Assembly (NCBI GenBank): GCA_005884155.1
Contig: VAXD01000042.1
Span: 42,060 to 86,782, forward strand
DNA from: Actinomycetota bacterium
Lineage (GTDB): Bacteria; Actinomycetota; Thermoleophilia; Gaiellales; Gaiellaceae
Reading direction: 5' to 3'
DNA: 44,723 nucleotides
The stretch's first letter is position 1, and every line of letters begins with the position of its first letter. Both the position numbers and the translations under genes were made by a program. This document shows, in pieces, positions 25,451 to 31,886 of this stretch. The notes under the pieces are model-generated. The model searched no databases and was not told where the DNA came from. It was given only the letters and a program-made list of their open reading frames with translations.

Positions 25451-27036
25451 GCCGCAGGCTCGGTCTCCTCTGGCTCCGTCTCGCCAAGCGGCTCGACGGG
25501 GATTCCGGCGGGATGCTCCTCCGGCGCAGCGGTCTGTGGATGCGCGATGTCGAGGTCGACCTCGCCCTCCACCTCGGCAATCGCCTCGGCGCTGGGACCG
25601 TGCACGGCGGCGACGTCGGCCGGCGCCTCGCTTTCGAGCTCTTCTTCCGGGGTCACCGGCTCGACGCTGTCGGGCCCGACGCTCTCGGCCTCGGGCGCGG
25701 CTTCATCGGCCGCGGCCTCCAGCTCGGGCTCGCTCTCCTCGACGACGGGCTCCTCGTCCGGCGCGACGTCCGGGCGAAGCGCGAGCTCCTGGTGGGCGGG
25801 GACACCGCAGTAGCGCGAGCCGGGCAGCGCCGCGTTCGGGCAGCGCTTGCCGGTCGAAAGGATCGCTCCGCAGCGGCCGGTGAACTCCTCCGTCTCCCCG
25901 TCGCCTGCGAAGGCCGCCTCGGCCTCCTCGGTCGCGAACTCGGTGTCGGACTTGATGTCGACCTTCCAGCCGGTCAGGCGCGCGGCGAGGCGGGCGTTCA
26001 TGCCCTCCTTGCCGATCGCGAGCGCGAGCTGGTCGTCCGGCACGACGACGGTGGCCTCGCGGCCCTCGTCGTCGAGGTAGACCTCGCGGACGCGGGCCGG
26101 CGAGAGCGCCTTGGCGACGAAGCGGGCCGGCTCGGAGTTCCACGGGATGATGTCGATCTTCTCCCCGCGGAGCTCGGAGACGACCATGCGAACGCGCGAG
26201 CCTCGCGGGCCGACGCAGGCGCCGACGGGATCCACGCCCTGGGCGTGCGACTCGACTGCGATCTTCGAGCGGTAGCCCGGCTCGCGGGCGACGCCGCGGA
26301 TCTCGACGAGCCCGTCGGCGATCTCAGGGACCTCGAGCTCGAACAGCGTCCGGATCAGCTCGGGGTCGCGGCGCGAGAGGATTACCTGCGGGCCCTTCGT
26401 GCCGGAGCGGACCTCGGTGATGACGGCCTTGATTCGCGAGCCCTGCTCGTAGCGCTCGCCGTCCACCTGCTCGGAGCGAGGCAGGAGGGCCTCGACCTTG
26501 CCGAGGTCGACGAGGACGTTGTTGCGGTCGCCCGCCTGCTGGACGATGCCCGTGACGACCTCGGTCACGCGGTCGACGTACTCGTCGTACATGATCTGGC
26601 GCTCGGCCTCGCGGATCCGCTGCGTGATCACCTGCTTCGCGGTCTGCGCGGCGATGCGGCCGAAGTTCTCCGGGGTGACGTCCGCCCGCTTGACCTGGTT
26701 CTCGGGGACGTCGGACCAGTCGATCTCGAGATCCTCGTCGGTCACGAGCACGTGCGAGCGCTCGCCGTTTTCGGCCTCGGCCTGCTCGAGCTCGGTCAGG
26801 ACGCGCTCGCGAGCCTCCTCGAGCAGCCGCTCCTCGATGTCGGGCGGGAGCTCGATCGAAAAGACGCGGAAGTCGCCCTCCTGGGGGTCGAGCTCGACGA
26901 CGGCGTGGCGCGACGCGCCCGGCGTCTTCTTGTAGGCGGCAAGCAGCGCATCCTGCAGCGCGGCGATCAGCGTCTCGCCCTCGATTCCACGGTCGCGCTC
27001 GAGCTCGTGGACGAGCTCGATGATCTCTCGGCTCAT
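25447..27036 (-). CDS. nusA: Transcription termination/antitermination factor NusA with Cys/His motif and long acidic C-terminal tail
   Basis: Trimmed from ORF 25447..27501 to ATG 27036 ([18 protein letters not shown]...), which overlaps the rimP stop (ATGA). It has the N-terminal domain, S1 and two KH domains, followed by [30 protein letters not shown] and about 110 acidic residues. Confidence 0.93.
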   Translation of the reverse strand: MSREIIELVHELERDRGIEGETLIAALQDALLAAYKKTPGASRHAVVELDPQEGDFRVFSIELPPDIEERLLEEARERVLTELEQAEAENGERSHVLVTDEDLEIDWSDVPENQVKRADVTPENFGRIAAQTAKQVITQRIREAERQIMYDEYVDRVTEVVTGIVQQAGDRNNVLVDLGKVEALLPRSEQVDGERYEQGSRIKAVITEVRSGTKGPQVILSRRDPELIRTLFELEVPEIADGLVEIRGVAREPGYRSKIAVESHAQGVDPVGACVGPRGSRVRMVVSELRGEKIDIIPWNSEPARFVAKALSPARVREVYLDDEGREATVVVPDDQLALAIGKEGMNARLAARLTGWKVDIKSDTEFATEEAEAAFAGDGETEEFTGRCGAILSTGKRCPNAALPGSRYCGVPAHQELALRPDVAPDEEPVVEESEPELEAAADEAAPEAESVGPDSVEPVTPEEELESEAPADVAAVHGPSAEAIAEVEGEVDLDIAHPQTAAPEEHPAGIPVEPLGETEPEETEPAA

Positions 27037-27467
27037 TGCTCCCTCTCGTAGATCAGGTTCCCCCGCACGATCTGCTCGTACGGCACGTCTACCTCGCCGC
27101 TGTCGGCGGCGACGGTCACGGCATCTTCGTCCGCGCGACGCACCTCGCCGCGCAGCTTCGAGCGCTCGGCGGTCTTCAGCTTGACGCGCTTGCCGACGAC
27201 CTGCTGGAAGTGTTCGGGCTTGCGCAGCGGTCGCTCGAGGCCGGGCGAGGAGACATCCACGGCATAGGTGCGCAGGTAGTCCCAGAGGACCCGCGTGACC
27301 TGCTCGCAGAGCGCGTGGTCGACGCCTTCGGGGCGGTCGACGAAGACCGTGAAGCGCTCCGGGCCGGTCAGCTCGACGGCGAGCACCTCGACGCCCGGCA
27401 GGGCCTCGGCGACCTTCTCGCTGATCTCGCGCTCCAGCGTTCTCTCCTTCTCGTAGACGTTTGCCAG
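27033..27467 (-). CDS. rimP: Ribosome maturation factor RimP (probable non-AUG/GUG/UUG start)
   Basis: ORF 27033..27386 lacks the usual N-terminal ~27 residues. In frame upstream, after a TGA, lie ATT (27470) and CTG (27467), preceded by AAGGAG. The extension LANVYEKERTLEREISEKVAEALPGVE looks like a RimP N-terminus. Confidence 0.8.
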   Translation of the reverse strand: MANVYEKERTLEREISEKVAEALPGVEVLAVELTGPERFTVFVDRPEGVDHALCEQVTRVLWDYLRTYAVDVSSPGLERPLRKPEHFQQVVGKRVKLKTAERSKLRGEVRRADEDAVTVAADSGEVDVPYEQIVRGNLIYEREQ

Positions 27468-27501
27468 AATCGTTCTCCTTCCGAGGAAAAGCTCTCCTCA
27501 C

Positions 27502-27527
27502 AAAAAATGGGCGCTACGCGCCCATTT
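27502..27527 (-). terminator. Canonical intrinsic terminator (10-bp stem plus U-tract) about 35 nt upstream of rimP
   Basis: The minus strand reads AAATGGGCGC-GTA-GCGCCCATTT followed by TTTGTG. It lies 95 nt downstream of the PadR-operon stop codon and immediately upstream of the rimP ribosome-binding site. Confidence 0.8.
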
Positions 27528-27580
27528 CGCCAAGCGGTGAAATGTGGTGTGACAAGGATAGCAAGGCAGGTGGGGCTGTT

Positions 27581-27600
27581 GGCCCCGCCGCGGCGGGGCC
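27581..27600. repeat. Perfect 20-nt GC palindrome
   Basis: ggccccgccgcggcggggcc equals its own reverse complement. It lies between the stop of the small His/Arg/Gly-rich protein gene and the terminator. Confidence 0.7.
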
Positions 27601-27622
27601 GTGCCCCTACTAGACGGTCGCG

Positions 27623-27817
27623 CTAGACGGTTGCGGTCTGCGTGGGCTGGTCGCCCTGCAGGTGCTTGATCACGTCCGCGACGTCTGCGATCTCCTGCTC
27701 GAGGTCGCGCTGGTACTCCTCCAGCTTCGAAAGCCATTCTTCGCGGCTGGGGAAGCGGCGGTGGCCGAAGCCGAAGCCGCGGCGCCCTCGGAAATGTCCG
27801 TGTCCGTGTCGGTGCAT
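27623..27817 (-). CDS. Small His/Arg/Gly-rich coiled-coil protein (DUF5320-like appearance)
   Basis: 64 aa taken from the C-terminal part of ORF 27623..28153: MHRHGHGHFRGRRGFGFGHRRFPSREEWLSKLEEYQRDLEQEIADVADVIKHLQGDQPTQTATV. The ATG at 27817 is preceded by GGAGGTGA, which contains the PadR stop codon. The family call is from memory only. Confidence 0.6.
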   Translation of the reverse strand: MHRHGHGHFRGRRGFGFGHRRFPSREEWLSKLEEYQRDLEQEIADVADVIKHLQGDQPTQTATV

Positions 27818-27821
27818 GTGC

Positions 27822-28220
27822 TCACCTCCCTTCCTCGTAGCGGTCGAGAAAATTTCCGATCGTGTCCTGAGCCCGCCGCAGCGCCTCGGCCCAGCGGTCG
27901 AGCAGCCGGCGGCCTTGGGCGGTGAGCTCGTAGGTGCGCTTTGCCGGCCCAGGGAGCTCCGCGTTCCACTCGGAGCTGACGAGCCCCTCGTCCTCGAGCG
28001 ACCGGAGGAGCCGGTAGAGATTGCCGATGTCGACGCGCCCCTCCAGCCCGAGCTCCGGGAGCCGCTCGAGCAGCTCGTAGCCGTGCAGCGGCCGTTCGCG
28101 CAGGAGCAATAGGAGCGACGGCTCGACGAAGCGCTCGACCCGGGCGTGCACATGCCAGTGGCCGGGCCGGACGAGCCGTCTGCTGCGGGAGCGCGGATGG
28201 CGGCGGTGGGTCATTCGCAC
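27822..28220 (-). CDS. PadR family transcriptional regulator with His/Arg-rich N-terminal extension
   Basis: 132 aa with a winged helix-turn-helix region PLHGYELLERL...IGNLYRLLRSLEDEGLVSSEW......KRTYELT typical of PadR. The alternative start is ATG 28214. Confidence 0.88.
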   Translation of the reverse strand: MRMTHRRHPRSRSRRLVRPGHWHVHARVERFVEPSLLLLLRERPLHGYELLERLPELGLEGRVDIGNLYRLLRSLEDEGLVSSEWNAELPGPAKRTYELTAQGRRLLDRWAEALRRAQDTIGNFLDRYEEGR

Positions 28221-28271
28221 CAGTATAGGTAAAAAACATATGTCAGTCGCAGGCGACTACGCTTAGACGCC
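28221..28271. promoter_or_regulatory. Divergent PadR/helD control region with AT-rich patch and two palindromes
   Basis: Only 51 nt separate the two starts. It holds an AT-rich stretch agtataggtaaaaaacatatgt (28222-28243), unusual in this GC-rich window. It also has the palindrome ACATATGT (28237-28244) and the inverted repeat agtcgc-ag-gcgact (28245-28258). Confidence 0.5.
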
Positions 28272-30161
28272 GTGACGCACCCCGATCTCCCCGCAGAGCA
28301 GGCCTATCTCGACCAGGCGTACGCCTGCCTGGACGAGATGCGCGAGACCCTGATCCGAACCGCGGGCGCGGCCGCCACCGAGGAAGCGGCGCAGGCGATC
28401 GAGAACTGGGCAACGGGCAGGCTTCGCACCTTCGAGGACGCCGAGCGCGGGCTCTGCTTCGGGCGGATCGACTCCGAGGAGTCCGCCGACCGGATCTACG
28501 TCGGCCGCCGCTGGGTGCACGACGACGCGCGCCGCTCGTTGGTGGTCAATTGGCAGGCACCGGCCGCGCGGCCCTTCTACACCGCTACGCCGGCCGCGCC
28601 GCGCGGCGTCACGCTCCGTCGCCGCTTCCGCACGCGCGGGCGCACGCTGACGGGGATCAGCGACGAGTCGCTCGACGGCTCGCTGGCCGACGCGGCAACT
28701 TCGGTCGACGACTTTCTCCTGGAGGAGCTCGAGCGCACCCGCGACGCGCGCATGCGGGACATCGTCGCGACGATCCAGGCCGACCAGTACCACCTGATCG
28801 CCCGCGCGCCGGAGCCCCCGCTCGTCATCCAGGGCGGCCCGGGCACCGGCAAGACAGCCGTCGGCCTGCACCGCGCGTCGTTCCTGCTCTTCGAGCATCG
28901 GGCCGAGCTGCGGCGCGTGCTCGTCGTCGGCCCGAACCCGGCCTTCATGGAGTACGTCTCGCACGTGCTGCCGACGCTCGGGGAAGACAGCGTCGACCAG
29001 CGCGCCGTCGCCGAGCTCGTGGAAGACGTCGAGGTGACGCGCGTGGATCCGCTCGACGTGCAGCGGCTGAAGGCGGACACGCGCCTCGTCCCAGAGCTGC
29101 ACCGGCTCGTCGAAGCGGCCTCGGAAGGAGAGCCACAGGAGTTGGTGGTGCGGATGGAGGGACGCTTCGTCGGCGTCGAGGCGGACGAGGTGGCGGAGCT
29201 GGTCGGAGAGGCGCGCGCGGAGCTCGGGCTCTCGGCGGCGGCGCGCGAGCGCTTCCGGATGAACGTCCTCCGCCGCTTCTACGAGGACTACGGCGTGCGG
29301 CTGGGCGGCCAGGCCTACCGGAACTTCGAAGAGGTCGAACGAGCCTTGAGTCGCGACGGGCGGTTGACGCGGTTTCTGAACCGCGCGTGGCCGGTCCCGA
29401 AGCCCGAGGTGATCGTCAGGCGCTTGCCGGACCTGCCTCGCTCCCGCGGCTGGAGCGAAGCTGACCTGCCGTTGCTCGACGAGGCCCGCGCGCTGATCGT
29501 CGGAACGCCGCAGCAGTACGGGCACGTGATCGTGGACGAGGCGCAGGACTTGACACCGATGCAGCTGCGGATGGTGGCCCGGCGGGCGTCGGGCGCCTTC
29601 ACGATCCTCGGCGACATCGCGCAGGCGACCGGGCCGATCTCCTACGACCGCTGGGACGAGCTCCTTCCCCACCTGCCGGACGGCGAGGACGCGGAGGTGG
29701 CGGAGCTCAAGCACGCCTACCGCGTGCCGCGCGAGATCATGGCCGTTGCTCTGCCCTTGCTCGAGCTGATCGCGCCGGGCGTCGAGCCGCCGCTCGCCTA
29801 TCGCGTCGGCGCCGAGCCCCCGCGCGTCGTCTCGGGCGACCCGCCGCTCGAGGCCGCCTACGAGGAGGCAGCCCGCCTCGCGGACGAGGAAGGCCTGCTC
29901 GCCGTAATCGCGCCGCCTTCGCTGCGCGGGGACGACGCGGGCTCGCTCTTCGACGAGACCCGGATCGCCGTCCTGACGCCACGCGAGGCGAAGGGCATGG
30001 AGTTCGACAACGTGATCGTCGTCGAGCCTGCGCAGATCGTCGAAGAGGCGGCGGAAGGCCAGGGCCTGCGCGAGCTCTACGTCGCGCTCACGCGGCCGAC
30101 CACGCGGCTGATCCTCGTCCACTCTCGCCCGCTACCCAAGGAGCTGAAATGGAAGACCTGA
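28272..30161 (+). CDS. helD: HelD-like UvrD/REP superfamily-1 helicase (RNA polymerase-associated type)
   Basis: 629 aa. The N-terminal segment EQAYLDQAY...FGRID...IYVGRRWV....LVVNWQAPAARPFY is typical of HelD. Walker A GGPGTGKTAVGLHR, DEAQDL, and C-terminal GMEFDNVIV...LYVALTRP are present. Confidence 0.85.
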   Translation: MTHPDLPAEQAYLDQAYACLDEMRETLIRTAGAAATEEAAQAIENWATGRLRTFEDAERGLCFGRIDSEESADRIYVGRRWVHDDARRSLVVNWQAPAARPFYTATPAAPRGVTLRRRFRTRGRTLTGISDESLDGSLADAATSVDDFLLEELERTRDARMRDIVATIQADQYHLIARAPEPPLVIQGGPGTGKTAVGLHRASFLLFEHRAELRRVLVVGPNPAFMEYVSHVLPTLGEDSVDQRAVAELVEDVEVTRVDPLDVQRLKADTRLVPELHRLVEAASEGEPQELVVRMEGRFVGVEADEVAELVGEARAELGLSAAARERFRMNVLRRFYEDYGVRLGGQAYRNFEEVERALSRDGRLTRFLNRAWPVPKPEVIVRRLPDLPRSRGWSEADLPLLDEARALIVGTPQQYGHVIVDEAQDLTPMQLRMVARRASGAFTILGDIAQATGPISYDRWDELLPHLPDGEDAEVAELKHAYRVPREIMAVALPLLELIAPGVEPPLAYRVGAEPPRVVSGDPPLEAAYEEAARLADEEGLLAVIAPPSLRGDDAGSLFDETRIAVLTPREAKGMEFDNVIVVEPAQIVEEAAEGQGLRELYVALTRPTTRLILVHSRPLPKELKWKT

Positions 30162-30991
30162 GCGTCCGCAGCGGCGACGTCGAGCTGGCCGCGAGCTACT
30201 CGCCGGCGGGCGAGACGGTGATCGTCGCGCTTCAGGGCGCAGGCGAAGGCACGCGTGACTTCCGCTCGTACACGCACCTGCACGACCTGTTGCCCCCGGC
30301 CGGCATCGGCGTCGTCACGTTCGACCGTCGCGGGGAGGGCGAGTCCACCGGCGACTCCTCCCGCGGGCGGTTCGAGGTTCAGGTCGACGACGCGCTCGCG
30401 GTGCTGCGAGCCGTCGATGCGGCCGACATCGGCCTCTGGGGGATCAGCCAGGGTGGCTGGATCGGCCCGCTTGCCGCGGCTGCGTCCGACGAGGTCAAGT
30501 TCCTCGTCCTCGTCGCCTCGACCGGGGTGACGCCCTCCGAGCAGATGATGTACGCGGTCGAGCGCCAGCTCCGGCTGGCGGGCTACGGCGACGACGTTGT
30601 CGAGCGCGCGCTCGACCTGCACCGCCGCTTCGAGGACTGGATCCATACTCACGCGCCCGAGCCGGACGAGCAGCTTGCCGCCGACCTCTGGGCCGGCCTC
30701 GACGAGCCGACGCTGCTCGACGAGGAGAGCCGGCGCCTCTGGATCGAGGAGATGGACTACGACCCGCGGCCCGCGATCGCGCAGGTGCGGGTGCCGACCC
30801 TGCTCTTCTACGGCGACGCCGACTCGTGGACGCCGGTGGAGCCGAGCGTCGAGGCCTGGCGCGCCGCGGCTGGTGCCGACGTCGAGATCGTCGTCATTCC
30901 AGGCGCCGAGCACGACCTGACGATGCCTGACGGCTCGTTCGCGCCGGAGTACGAGGCCAAGCTCGTCGACTGGCGCGTTCGCTCCCGGTAG
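30149..30991 (+). CDS. Alpha/beta hydrolase
   Basis: 280 aa with the nucleophile elbow GISQGG and later GDADSW and AEHD, a candidate Ser/Asp/His triad. The ATG lies 13 nt inside the helD 3' end and is preceded by AAGGAG. Confidence 0.8.
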   Translation: MEDLSVRSGDVELAASYSPAGETVIVALQGAGEGTRDFRSYTHLHDLLPPAGIGVVTFDRRGEGESTGDSSRGRFEVQVDDALAVLRAVDAADIGLWGISQGGWIGPLAAAASDEVKFLVLVASTGVTPSEQMMYAVERQLRLAGYGDDVVERALDLHRRFEDWIHTHAPEPDEQLAADLWAGLDEPTLLDEESRRLWIEEMDYDPRPAIAQVRVPTLLFYGDADSWTPVEPSVEAWRAAAGADVEIVVIPGAEHDLTMPDGSFAPEYEAKLVDWRVRSR

Positions 30992-31428
30992 GCGGCGTAC
31001 TCCGGATAGCGCTCGACGAGCCAGGCCTCCTCGCGCCGCGACTTCAACTCGAACAGCGCCCAGAGCAGCCCCGTGGGGATGAGCCCGAGCGGCGCCTCGG
31101 CCAGCGACCAGCCGAGCGCGAGCAGGAGCACGCCGCCGTAGACCGGGTGGCGCGCGAGCCGGTAGATCCCGTGCTGGCGCAGCCGGCTCCTCGGATGGGG
31201 CCGCGGGAGCGGCGTGAACCCGCGGCCGAGCGTGAGCGCACCGAGCAGGAGCAGGACCGCTCCGCCCACCGCAGCGATGATCCCGAGCACGGCCAGGTAC
31301 GACTCGGCGGGGCTCGGCCAGTAGACGCCGACGTAGCCGCAGCCGACGATCGCGACGAAGAGGATCGTCTGTAGGGCGACCCACCCCTCGCCGCGCGGGC
31401 CGAGCGCCGGTAGGCCGCGCCCGTTCAC
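30808..31428 (-). CDS. ICMT/PEMT-like membrane methyltransferase family protein
   Basis: 206 aa with several TM helices and the C-terminal signature region LRQHGIYRLARHPVYGGVLLLALGW...E.ELKSRREEAWLVERYPEYAAYRERT. Its GTG start overlaps the dtd stop (GTGA). The last ~45 codons overlap the convergent hydrolase gene. Confidence 0.75.
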   Translation of the reverse strand: MNGRGLPALGPRGEGWVALQTILFVAIVGCGYVGVYWPSPAESYLAVLGIIAAVGGAVLLLLGALTLGRGFTPLPRPHPRSRLRQHGIYRLARHPVYGGVLLLALGWSLAEAPLGLIPTGLLWALFELKSRREEAWLVERYPEYAAYRERTRQSTSLASYSGANEPSGIVRSCSAPGMTTISTSAPAAARQASTLGSTGVHESASP

Positions 31429-31856
31429 AGCAGAATCGTCACCGGTCCGTCGTTGACGAGCTCGACCGCCATGCGCGCGGCGAACTCGCCTGTCGCGACC
31501 GGCACGCCGAGCTCCCGCAAGGAGGCGCAGAACGCCTCGTAGAGCGGCTCGGCCTCCTCTGGCGGCGCTGCATCCGTGAAGCTCGGCCGGTTGCCCTTCG
31601 AGGCATCACCGAGGAGCGTGAACTGGCTGATCACGGGTGTCTCTCCGCCGGTGTCGAGCAGCGAGCGGTCGAAGCGGCCCTCCTCGTTCTCGAACACGCG
31701 TAGCCGCGCGATCTTGCCGGCGAGCCGCTCGGCCGCGGCGGCGTCGTCGCTGCGCGCCACCCCGAGCAGCACGCAGAGCCCGCTGCCGACCTCGCCGGCA
31801 ACCCTCTCCCCTACGCGCACCTGCGCGCTGGAGACCCGCTGCACCACAGCCTTCAT
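31425..31856 (-). CDS. dtd: D-aminoacyl-tRNA deacylase
   Basis: The last 143 codons of the 617-aa ORF 31425..33278: MKAVVQRVSSAQVRV...GLCVLLGV...SQFTL..D..KGNRPSF....VNDGPVTILL is typical Dtd. The rest of the long ORF is antisense to the ATPase gene. Confidence 0.92.
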   Translation of the reverse strand: MKAVVQRVSSAQVRVGERVAGEVGSGLCVLLGVARSDDAAAAERLAGKIARLRVFENEEGRFDRSLLDTGGETPVISQFTLLGDASKGNRPSFTDAAPPEEAEPLYEAFCASLRELGVPVATGEFAARMAVELVNDGPVTILL

Positions 31857-31886
31857 GTTCAGCGCCAAAACGACGATATAGCGCTT

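Noticed and set aside
27037-27501. N-terminal 155-codon extension of the nusA ORF
   Set aside because: It is Arg-rich nonsense overlapping rimP in another frame. The canonical NusA N-terminus starts at ATG 27036 with an ATGA overlap to the rimP stop. Similar over-extensions were trimmed for the DsbA-like (14250-14588), DUF58 (37893-38006) and pyrK (44618-44689) ORFs.
28263-30122. 619-aa minus-strand ORF antisense to helD
   Set aside because: The helD frame carries clear helicase motifs, and the antisense product has none. The same reasoning applies to 11753..13264, 34892..35872, 37068..38156, 38749..40110 and 43144..44511.
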